A stretch of DNA of 64,000 nucleotides from a virus, in the IMG/VR virus record IMGVR_UViG_3300009345_000003, positions 32,001 through 96,000 of that record; one strand, written 5' to 3'. Positions within the stretch are counted from its first letter, which is position 1; every line of letters starts with the position of its first letter. Position numbers and translations under genes: made by a program. Of the stretch, positions 25,106 through 32,632 are shown piece by piece. The notes beneath the pieces were generated by a model. It was given only the letters and a program-made list of their open reading frames with translations, was not told the origin of the DNA and made no database searches.

Positions 25106-26260
25106 TTAAAGTATTGAATCAAAATCAAACACTTTTTTCTCGTGTTCATTTATTTTTTTAATTAAATCATGCTCCTGACAAAAAGTAGAAAAGTTGTTAA
25201 AATCCAACTCAGTTAAACGATGACCATCATAATTATAATAAGGCAGCACGTACTTTTTACCCCGGTAATCCTTCCAATCGCCCTTATTACTCAGTTCGCA
25301 TAAACCTAAACTCGCAGCATAGGGTAATAATCCTGTGTAGGGTTCTACCACATTTGTGCGCTGCGAAAAAACGGGAATATACGTTTTTTTATATGCAGCG
25401 CCGGTTCTGGTTTTTTCAACACATGCTTCCAACCATTGACCGACTACAACGCCACCTTTATTAAATATTTTACCTGCCTGTGTAAGCTTCATACCTGAGT
25501 CACGATAGTAATCAGGAGCAGTACCACCAGCTTTTGTTTCACCTGAACCATAAGATGAAGGTTTAAATGTTACATGATTAGCAAACATAAAAAGAACTTT
25601 TGAATCTATCAGAGATGTCATAAGCCTCATTGTTTGATGAATTGCTTTTGCACGCTTACCCATATCTTCTGCCAACGATTCAGAACTAGAAAAGGCAGCG
25701 AGAGAATCAAGTATAACAATAACAGGCACACTAGAAGCAAGGAGCTTGCGACCAAGCTTACCAGCATCAGCACCATTTTTAGGATCAAATTTAACTTTTG
25801 CAAGTTCGGCCTCCACCTGTTTTGCTGACTTCTTCTCTTTTTTTAACTTAGCTGCTAACGCTTTCACTTGCCGCTGATGAAAACTCTCTGCTTCCAATGT
25901 CTGCAATATCGTTTGCAAATGGACGTATACATCACCAATATAAGGGATATCTTCTGGTGGTACAATCAATGTACGTTCAGGATCAATACCCAAGCGCAAA
26001 GTTCTATCAGTATCATATCCGCGCTCTTTATCAAAAATAACTAAAAAAGCATCAGGATTTAATTTTAAAGCATTAGCTGCAATCAGTGACATCACTAACG
26101 ATTTGCCTGACTTAGAAGGTCCATACAGCTCGACCATGTTACCATAATTGACGCCGGAATTTAGGATTATATCTAGTCCATATACACCAGTACCAATCTT
26201 TATACCCCTGTCATATTTTTTAAGAGCATTATATTGAGGTAGTCTATCAAAGTAACCCAT
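25106..26260 (-). CDS. RecA/UvsX-like recombinase
   Basis: IGTGVYGLDIILNSG, VELYGPSKSGKS, VILDSLAA, FANHV, ETKAGG, VEKTR. Confidence 0.92.
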   Translation of the reverse strand: MGYFDRLPQYNALKKYDRGIKIGTGVYGLDIILNSGVNYGNMVELYGPSKSGKSLVMSLIAANALKLNPDAFLVIFDKERGYDTDRTLRLGIDPERTLIVPPEDIPYIGDVYVHLQTILQTLEAESFHQRQVKALAAKLKKEKKSAKQVEAELAKVKFDPKNGADAGKLGRKLLASSVPVIVILDSLAAFSSSESLAEDMGKRAKAIHQTMRLMTSLIDSKVLFMFANHVTFKPSSYGSGETKAGGTAPDYYRDSGMKLTQAGKIFNKGGVVVGQWLEACVEKTRTGAAYKKTYIPVFSQRTNVVEPYTGLLPYAASLGLCELSNKGDWKDYRGKKYVLPYYNYDGHRLTELDFNNFSTFCQEHDLIKKINEHEKKVFDFDSIL

Positions 26261-26275
26261 TTAAAAGCCTCGCAA

Positions 26276-26752
26276 TTAGTAGTTTCTGACACCGTAACCA
26301 CAGATGTGCAAAGCATCTGCTAGACCATCTTTCCTACCCACATTAATACCTGGGTAGTGCTTCTCAGCCAAGGCTATTGAATTATCCTTAATAATCTTTC
26401 GTTTCATACCTTTAGCCATCTTTTTAGCTGGTACAAGCCCTGGTAACTGTTTCTGCCAATGATTCGGCCTGATTTCATATGTTGTAAACTTCAAAGCTAT
26501 ACAAAAAGCCTCAATATTACCGTAGTGTTGGAGATATGTTCCAGCTGATTTTATTCCTTGATTAGGCAGCGTCTGTGCTTTTTCAAGGATAGCAATCTTA
26601 CGACCTGAAAGTTTATAATATTTATAGAAAACATGTAAAATACCTAAAGGAGTAGGCGGCATTAAAGTCACCTCGTATCTACCATCAATACACGCGGCAA
26701 TAGCCCCTTGTTTACCAGGGTCTATGCCGAGATAAATCTTCCGCATAAGCAA
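26276..26752 (-). CDS. RuvC-like Holliday junction resolvase
   Basis: YLGIDPG, ILEK, RPNHWQK, DGLADALHI. Confidence 0.9.
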   Translation of the reverse strand: MLMRKIYLGIDPGKQGAIAACIDGRYEVTLMPPTPLGILHVFYKYYKLSGRKIAILEKAQTLPNQGIKSAGTYLQHYGNIEAFCIALKFTTYEIRPNHWQKQLPGLVPAKKMAKGMKRKIIKDNSIALAEKHYPGINVGRKDGLADALHICGYGVRNY

Positions 26753-26775
26753 TCCTTATTTTTTTGTATATGTCT

Positions 26776-26805
26776 ACTATTATGTTACGTACTAAAAGAT
26801 GTCAA
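26776..26805 (-). promoter_or_regulatory. Promoter P1 for the replication operon
   Basis: TTGACA (26805-26800)-N17-TAATAGT; spacer holds the 15-bp motif shared with 6762-6776. Confidence 0.6.
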
Positions 26806-26806
26806 T

Positions 26807-26888
26807 AAAAAAAAGCCGCGATGGTAGTAGATGAGAACCACAGCAGCTTTTTTTATACACCCATACATGGAGCTAACATGCGGGTAAG
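26807..26888 (-). ncRNA. Candidate sRNA-C (hairpin with anti-RBS loop plus terminator)
   Basis: TACCCGCATG-TTAGCTC-CATGTATGGGTG hairpin, then AGCTGCTGTGGT/ACCATCGCGGCT stem and T-run; G-U pairs on the minus strand. Confidence 0.6.
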
Positions 26889-26891
26889 ATA

Positions 26892-26920
26892 TGTATATAA
26901 TCCATTACCTTGTTAGTCAA
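26892..26920 (-). promoter_or_regulatory. Promoter P2 (sRNA-C)
   Basis: TTGACT (26920-26915)-N17-TATACA (26897-26892). Confidence 0.6.
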
Positions 26921-26924
26921 GATA

Positions 26925-27017
26925 ATAGTTGATTCCAGGCACATCGAAAGAGGAAATCTAAAAAGGAGTTAAAAATAAACCCCTCTCGATGCGCCACAAC
27001 TTAACAGTATCAACTAT
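26925..27017 (-). ncRNA. Candidate sRNA-B (long hairpin with anti-SD loop)
   Basis: ATAGTTGAT/ATCAACTAT outer stem; GGCGCATCGA/TCGATGTGCC and GAGG/CCTC inner stems; loop TTTTTAACTCCTTTT. Confidence 0.6.
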
Positions 27018-27018
27018 G

Positions 27019-27047
27019 TGTATAGGTACGCATGACTTATTTGTCAA
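27019..27047 (-). promoter_or_regulatory. Promoter P3 (sRNA-B)
   Basis: TTGACA (27047-27042)-N17-TATACA (27024-27019). Confidence 0.6.
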
Positions 27048-27052
27048 GATTT

Positions 27053-27157
27053 TAAAAGAATAAATCCTGGATACCGAAGCAGCCAGGATTTAAACTGAAA
27101 AATAAACACACATTTTGCAAAAAAGGATTTAGCTAATAAACACTAAATGTGCCTACA
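27053..27157 (-). ncRNA. Candidate sRNA-A (hairpin with anti-SD loop plus UUCG terminator)
   Basis: GCACATTT/AAATGTGT stem enclosing TTAGCTAAATCCTTTTT; TAAATCCTGG-c-TGC-TTCG-GTA-t-CCAGGATTTA followed by TTCTTTT. Confidence 0.55.
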
Positions 27158-27163
27158 AAACAT

Positions 27164-27192
27164 ATAGTACACAGTAGTAATTAAAAAAGCAA
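27164..27192 (-). promoter_or_regulatory. Promoter P4 (sRNA-A)
   Basis: TTGCTT (27192-27187)-N17-TACTAT (27169-27164). Confidence 0.55.
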
Positions 27193-27205
27193 GCAAAAAA
27201 ATCCA

Positions 27206-27235
27206 TTGACAGCTAATTAAATTAAGTATACTTCT
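27206..27235 (+). promoter_or_regulatory. Rightward promoter for the 957-aa gene, back to back with P4
   Basis: TTGACA at 27206, then TATACT (15-nt spacer) or TACTTCT (17-nt spacer). Confidence 0.55.
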
Positions 27236-27276
27236 AGAGGCGAAAAATCATTAATATAATGCACATTTATTAAAAA

Positions 27277-30150
27277 ATGTTTGTTAAAAGGAACCACGCT
27301 ATGAACAACTTAATGCCGTACGAACTAAATGCAATAATTAATAATAACTGTTTCAGAACTTTTAGAGCTGCACTGTACGCTTCATACAACCCGGCCAATT
27401 CCATAGCGCGTGACAAGAACACAACTCACAGCCAGCATATAGTTAAAAAAATGTATAGTTTAAGCAAGATGGCCAAAGTCCATTTGGCTATACTTGACAT
27501 GCCTATGCCTCTTCAAGCCTGTTTATCCTTGATAGGGATCATTAATTATATAAATCCAAAGTCCGAAACCAAAGAACGTGGAAACTGCTATGCTAAACGT
27601 CAAACTCTCATTGATGACTACCTACATTGCACAGCAGCCATCAGCCGCAGAGCTACTAACTACCTAAAGGATAATGGCTACGTAAAGTCCTACAAAGTAT
27701 ACATGTCTACAGACAGGTACACACCCTTATGGACAAATAATTACCTTCACAGTGATCACTTACGTCACAAGCAGCCTATCCCTAAAGTAGGTGCTAGAGT
27801 CGTTAATCTAGACACTCATTTGAAATACATGACCCTGCCCAAACTATTTTTTAAATCCAAAGTCATATCTAATAATGCCAAGTATTGGTTCATGCAATTA
27901 CTTAAAAAGCAGATGCATGAGTCTGTCAGGTTCATTAACCCTAAAGAAGGGAAAGGATATGTTACAAAAAAAGGCGAGTATAAAGAAGCGCGTCTTGAAA
28001 ACGTAATTAAAGAACTTGAACGTTTAGACTTAGTTGAATTTAAAGTATTCACGTCTCATAAAATGAAGTTCAAAGTAAGAACGTTCGCAGGTGTTTATCT
28101 TAGGCTCAAATTAGCAGAAGCAGGTAGGCTAAATAGCGACACCATTAAGAAGCTTAGATCAATGGAACCTACCTGGGATATGTTGGCAGAATCAGAATTA
28201 CTAGCTGGTTTCACAGCCGGTGGGTTAAACATTGCGTACGCGCCAGTCATGGATAAATTAAATGAGCAAGACCCTAAAAGCTCTTACCTCAAGCCGCATT
28301 TTGAATACTTGGAAGTTCCATATAATGTACCTGATGTCATCGACACTAGGGTAAATGAAGTCACACAAAGAATTTGTATGGGTTACCTGATCTCTGAGCA
28401 GTTGAAGCAGCAAGCAGGCAACCCGGAAGGTTACTTTGTAATTAATCAGACAGATATGCGTAAAGCCCTTGGTTATGGCCAGAACACAGTTACTGAATTC
28501 ATTAATGATTATGTACGCCACGACTTATTGGAAAAACTACATACTTCCACTAAATATGGGACAGTTTTGCGCTTCAAATACAATGAAAAAATACAGCGTA
28601 CTAGTAAGGGCACCATGCACCGCTTAAATGATGGTAAGTTCAAAGAACCTGAACATGGCGCGCCATATCAATATTCAGACGTTTACAGAACCGTTAGGTT
28701 GCCAAAAATTCTACTCATCAACGGCGTACTCAATGTGAAGGCGATTATTAGTGGCTGGATGGCAGCATACATGCAAGAATTCACTACCAGGAGTAAGAAG
28801 CTGACGATCACTGAGGTGTCTAGACGCATAGGTATCAAAAAAGAAAACATAATCAAAGCAATCAATGAATTACATAAGTTTGGTTTCGTCAGAAAAAAAA
28901 TAGTTAGTAAGGATCAATATAAGTTTCTCCACATGAATAATTACCAAATGCACCGATTGATCTGCCAAAAGGTTAAATCGTATAAACTATTGTCGCCGTT
29001 TACATTTTTTTTAGGAAACGTTGATGGTGTGACAAAAAAAGACTTAAATTTCAAACTAGACATAAACGGTATGAACCCGGAAGCGGCAAATACAGTACAA
29101 CAATTTTTTATTTCTTACGAAATAAATAAACTATATAAACACTCCCCCGTAAAGGAGGAGGGGTCTTCGCCCAGAGAGGTTAGTACTCTCTGGAAATCCT
29201 CAGTCCAGACTTGCTTTGCTTCGCAGCAATCTCCTACCAACTTCGTTGGATCAGATAGGATAGACATCCAATCTTTAGAAGATAGCCAGCAAATCTTTAA
29301 CGTAGTTCAGTCTATTCAGACTAGTCACAACCTTTGTAAATCACAGGATACATCTATTCCTTTAGTAGATATGTCAAAGACAGAGATGGAGCAGTCCACA
29401 GCTGACAAAAAGCAAAAAAATGAAAAACAACTCACGAGTTCTGACGATACCCTTAGTAGGACATCAGAAAAGAGTAAAAAGAAAAGCAGGCGTAAAAATA
29501 GGGCTAAGAAACATGGTTCTAGCAGCATAATACAACTAGACAAACTGGTTTGTTTAATGTCTGATCCTAAATATTCTACTGCCGACTTTGGAAGTATGGG
29601 TAAAAAGAAAATTTGTGGTACTTTGAGTGAAGCTTATTCAGTTTTTGGTGCTGCTGTTTCTCACCTGCTTGTGAGTGGCACTAAGAATATTAAGAAGAGA
29701 GAAAAGGCTAAAGCTTTGGCTAAGAAACTTACAAATAAGCAGCTTCTTACTATGTTGCGTAATTACATGGGTAAGTGCCGTAACGGCTATAAAGCCCTTA
29801 TGCGCTATATTTTGTGTATGGCCTCCAACTATTGTGGTCGTGATGATTTCACGTTTGATTTTATACAAGCTACTACTATGTGCCTCAAAGGTATTTTACA
29901 AACTGGCGGTGCTACTGATTTTCAGGTGTTACGTGATAAGCTAACCGAAGTTGGTGGTGATGTTGTAGCTGGTGATGTGAAGTTTACAAAAACTGATTTG
30001 TTTAAAACAATTAAAGAATTAGATAAGTTGGAATACTATGGTGATGACAATGTATCTGACGCTCTCCTAGATCAATTGGATTTATATAAAAATTCTCTTG
30101 TAATAGTTCGTAAAGAGCATTTGTACTATAACATGCAGGGTGTTTGCTAA
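27277..30150 (+). CDS. Large multi-winged-HTH DNA-binding protein, probable replication initiator (likely start 27301)
   Basis: Four HTH_36-like segments (CYAKRQTL...ISRRATNYLKDNGYV; ENVIKELERLDLV; INQTDMRKALGYGQNTVTEFINDY; LTITEVSRRIGIKKENIIKAINELHKFGFV), an S/K-rich linker and a helical C-domain. Confidence 0.6.
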   Translation: MFVKRNHAMNNLMPYELNAIINNNCFRTFRAALYASYNPANSIARDKNTTHSQHIVKKMYSLSKMAKVHLAILDMPMPLQACLSLIGIINYINPKSETKERGNCYAKRQTLIDDYLHCTAAISRRATNYLKDNGYVKSYKVYMSTDRYTPLWTNNYLHSDHLRHKQPIPKVGARVVNLDTHLKYMTLPKLFFKSKVISNNAKYWFMQLLKKQMHESVRFINPKEGKGYVTKKGEYKEARLENVIKELERLDLVEFKVFTSHKMKFKVRTFAGVYLRLKLAEAGRLNSDTIKKLRSMEPTWDMLAESELLAGFTAGGLNIAYAPVMDKLNEQDPKSSYLKPHFEYLEVPYNVPDVIDTRVNEVTQRICMGYLISEQLKQQAGNPEGYFVINQTDMRKALGYGQNTVTEFINDYVRHDLLEKLHTSTKYGTVLRFKYNEKIQRTSKGTMHRLNDGKFKEPEHGAPYQYSDVYRTVRLPKILLINGVLNVKAIISGWMAAYMQEFTTRSKKLTITEVSRRIGIKKENIIKAINELHKFGFVRKKIVSKDQYKFLHMNNYQMHRLICQKVKSYKLLSPFTFFLGNVDGVTKKDLNFKLDINGMNPEAANTVQQFFISYEINKLYKHSPVKEEGSSPREVSTLWKSSVQTCFASQQSPTNFVGSDRIDIQSLEDSQQIFNVVQSIQTSHNLCKSQDTSIPLVDMSKTEMEQSTADKKQKNEKQLTSSDDTLSRTSEKSKKKSRRKNRAKKHGSSSIIQLDKLVCLMSDPKYSTADFGSMGKKKICGTLSEAYSVFGAAVSHLLVSGTKNIKKREKAKALAKKLTNKQLLTMLRNYMGKCRNGYKALMRYILCMASNYCGRDDFTFDFIQATTMCLKGILQTGGATDFQVLRDKLTEVGGDVVAGDVKFTKTDLFKTIKELDKLEYYGDDNVSDALLDQLDLYKNSLVIVRKEHLYYNMQGVC

Positions 30151-30166
30151 CGTACTAACTTAAAAA

Positions 30167-30526
30167 ATGGAGCTAATAATGGTTGTAGATAATCCTAGCG
30201 AAATGCTGGAACGATGCCTTACCAATTTGGAAGTAGGTGTTTTGCATAAAGTCACACCTGATTTAAAGGCTTACATTCGTAAAGCTATTATACAAAAAAA
30301 ATTTTACTTAACTGAAAACAATCAGACAATACGTGCCGATTTATACGCCATAGGGGTAGGTGCAACATTTACTTTGGAAGATTTTATAATCTTATTAACT
30401 GATAACGCACATGTATTTTACGACGATGCACGAATTAGCAATGATAAAGTTATGCGTAGCACTGTAAATGATATCTTTACGTATCTCTTTGGCATCACAT
30501 ATGATGAAATACTGGAAGGAGCATAA
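30167..30526 (+). CDS. Hypothetical protein (likely start 30179)
   Basis: GGAGCTAATA-ATG; directly downstream of the 957-aa gene. Confidence 0.65.
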   Translation: MELIMVVDNPSEMLERCLTNLEVGVLHKVTPDLKAYIRKAIIQKKFYLTENNQTIRADLYAIGVGATFTLEDFIILLTDNAHVFYDDARISNDKVMRSTVNDIFTYLFGITYDEILEGA

Positions 30527-30551
30527 AAAAAGGGCGGCTTTTAAACCGCCC
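30525..30551 (-). terminator. Intrinsic terminator between convergent genes
   Basis: GGGCGG-N8-CCGCCC with a T-run on the minus strand. Confidence 0.7.
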
Positions 30552-30580
30552 AATACACTTATACGTACGGATGACAGGCC

Positions 30581-30928
30581 TTAGCTATCTTCCTGGTATC
30601 GCGTAGAGTCTTTCAGTTCATCGTTGAACTTTTTGCAGAACTTCAGGCTGTAACGCTTTTTTGGCTGAGTCATGATCTTCCCGCCATTAAACGGATTGCG
30701 CCTTTCACCACCAGATGTAAGTCCAGGCTTTAGCGTACAGAAATCGCCAAGCTTAATCTCAGCATGGTTAGTCACTGCTTCGTGTTTAATTACATCTATA
30801 GCAGCTTTGATAACCTTTTCAGCAGTATTTACAGGTACATTCACTTCTTCTGCTGCGACCTTAGCCAAGTCTTTTACATACACTTTCTTACCAGAAGGCG
30901 GGTATGCTGTTTTAACAGTTTCACTCAT
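30581..30928 (-). CDS. HU/IHF-family DNA-binding protein
   Basis: KDLAKVAAEE...AEKVIKAAIDVI...IKLGDFCTL...RRNPFNGGKI...KF. Confidence 0.85.
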   Translation of the reverse strand: MSETVKTAYPPSGKKVYVKDLAKVAAEEVNVPVNTAEKVIKAAIDVIKHEAVTNHAEIKLGDFCTLKPGLTSGGERRNPFNGGKIMTQPKKRYSLKFCKKFNDELKDSTRYQEDS

Positions 30929-30939
30929 TACTTGTCTCC

Positions 30940-31257
30940 TTAATCGACGATAGCGCCGAAGTTTTTATATGTTTCCAGCATTGCTGGGACATTAGCGTTG
31001 TAGATGTCCAGGGCCTTATCCAGTAAATCATATTCTTGCATAATCATTTTGTTGCTAACTTCTACCGCAGGGTAAAAGAAAATAGGCGGATGATAAGGGA
31101 CAGCCATAAACGTAAGATGTGCTTGTCCGTTTTCATCTTCTTGTTTAAAAGGTGTGAAAATTAGTACTTCTGTAAAACCTCCTGGTACTTTACGTCCAGC
31201 AGCAACTTCACCACTCAGTAAGCGGATACCTTTGATGATAGGCTTATCATCACTCAT
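30940..31257 (-). CDS. Hypothetical protein, possible Sm-like fold
   Basis: IKGIRLLSGEV N-terminus and ...MAVPYHP pattern resemble small phage Sm-like proteins; start MSDDKP after AAGGAG. Confidence 0.45.
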   Translation of the reverse strand: MSDDKPIIKGIRLLSGEVAAGRKVPGGFTEVLIFTPFKQEDENGQAHLTFMAVPYHPPIFFYPAVEVSNKMIMQEYDLLDKALDIYNANVPAMLETYKNFGAIVD

Positions 31258-31607
31258 TACTTTTTTCTCCTTGTCGGTTTGAACACCCACCGTTTCCCAG
31301 CAGGTATTTCTATATGCTTTTTTAATTTAGGGTTCCACATAATTCTAGAGTTTACTTCAACTTTGTGAAGTACTCCTAAATTTGGAACTCTAATGCATTC
31401 TCCTGTACTACATATTTCATCACAAAAAGACGCAAATAATTTATACATAGTATCATAGCGATCATTACCAGCGTCAATTGTACTTACATCTAAAAATTGA
31501 AATAATTGCACCCAATCATCTTTGCATTTTAAATTTGCAGGTACTTTAACATCGGTGGAGCGTAGAATTTTCTGCAATGTTTTTGTGATATCTAATGTTT
31601 TCGTCAT
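31257..31607 (-). CDS. Second, divergent HU/IHF-like protein
   Basis: GECIRVPNLGVL...RIMWNPKLKKHIEIPAGKRWVFKP matches the HU arm motif. Confidence 0.7.
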   Translation of the reverse strand: MTKTLDITKTLQKILRSTDVKVPANLKCKDDWVQLFQFLDVSTIDAGNDRYDTMYKLFASFCDEICSTGECIRVPNLGVLHKVEVNSRIMWNPKLKKHIEIPAGKRWVFKPTRRKK

Positions 31608-31678
31608 AATCTGAACTCCGTTTACGACCTAATGTACGGTTACACTGCCTAAATCAACTAAACTTGTCAACCTATTTA

Positions 31679-31708
31679 TTGACATACGCTTCGTAAGATA
31701 ATACTACT
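31679..31708 (+). promoter_or_regulatory. Rightward promoter of the sbcD/sbcC operon (divergent TTGACA at 31670-31665)
   Basis: TTGACA-N17-TACTACT. Confidence 0.55.
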
Positions 31709-31741
31709 GTACTTCCAGTTATTACATATAAAGGAGAAGAC

Positions 31742-32632
31742 ATGTTACCCACGCTATATACTGCTGATTTGCACGTGCACACGAGAAAGAAAGAGCCTTC
31801 TCGTATAGATGAATTAACGGCGTTAATTAAAAAACTGAATACACTTAGGATAAACTTCGGGTATAAACAGCTTGTGATTGCTGGCGACTTATCTGATGGG
31901 GGTTCATCTTTATCCATAGCATCCGTACTACTTTTAGGTAAATTGTTTAAGAAATTTGATAAAGTGTACTTACTTGAAGGTAATCACGATACACCAGTGA
32001 GAAACACTGGATATTCATTGTTATCCATATTTAATCTACTTGAGTGTGTAGAAGTCATTGATTCGCCACGTGTCTCTGGCGGCATGGCATTTTTACCATA
32101 CTATGCAAAATTATCTGATTTAGAGGTAGGCACAGCAGATATACTGGTTATGCATAAAGACATTAAGGAGCTTAATCAATATTATGAGGAAGAATTCGCA
32201 CTGTCTTTAGATGATTTACCACCTATGAAATACATTTTTAACGGGCACCTGCATTCTTCAAGAGTACTATCTAATAATACAGGTAAGTTTATTCAGCTTG
32301 GTGCCCCTTATCCGTGTACTTGGAGTGATTCAGATGAAAAAAATCGGTTTGTTTTTGGCTTACATGAAGGTAAGCTTAAAAGGCTAAAGACAAATATTAC
32401 TAAAGATAATATGTCTAAGTTAGAAGATAAGTGCTTATTTATCAGGGAACGTGATGATTCAGTGCAATTGAAAGAAGAAGCAGCTCTTACTCAAGATAAA
32501 CTCACTGATTTAGTACATTTGGACATCTACCAATTAATAGACGCCTTGGATACAGATAGATTAATAAAACAGATAACTAAGAGAGTAGTATATCATGCTT
32601 CAAATCAATCAGTTACAAATGAGCAACTTTAG
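31742..32632 (+). CDS. SbcD/Mre11-like metallophosphoesterase nuclease (gp47-like)
   Basis: ADLH, AGDL, GNHD, MH, GHLH motifs. Confidence 0.92.
   Translation: MLPTLYTADLHVHTRKKEPSRIDELTALIKKLNTLRINFGYKQLVIAGDLSDGGSSLSIASVLLLGKLFKKFDKVYLLEGNHDTPVRNTGYSLLSIFNLLECVEVIDSPRVSGGMAFLPYYAKLSDLEVGTADILVMHKDIKELNQYYEEEFALSLDDLPPMKYIFNGHLHSSRVLSNNTGKFIQLGAPYPCTWSDSDEKNRFVFGLHEGKLKRLKTNITKDNMSKLEDKCLFIRERDDSVQLKEEAALTQDKLTDLVHLDIYQLIDALDTDRLIKQITKRVVYHASNQSVTNEQL

Noticed and set aside
16534-26260. Inteins or introns in the polymerase, helicase or RecA
   Set aside because: Insertions are short and lack C1/HN splice motifs or homing endonuclease motifs; the ORFs are continuous.
26753-27276. CRISPR or TIGR-type repeat array
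   Set aside because: The units share architecture but no direct-repeat sequence, and I recognise no Cas or Nop-domain gene in the window.
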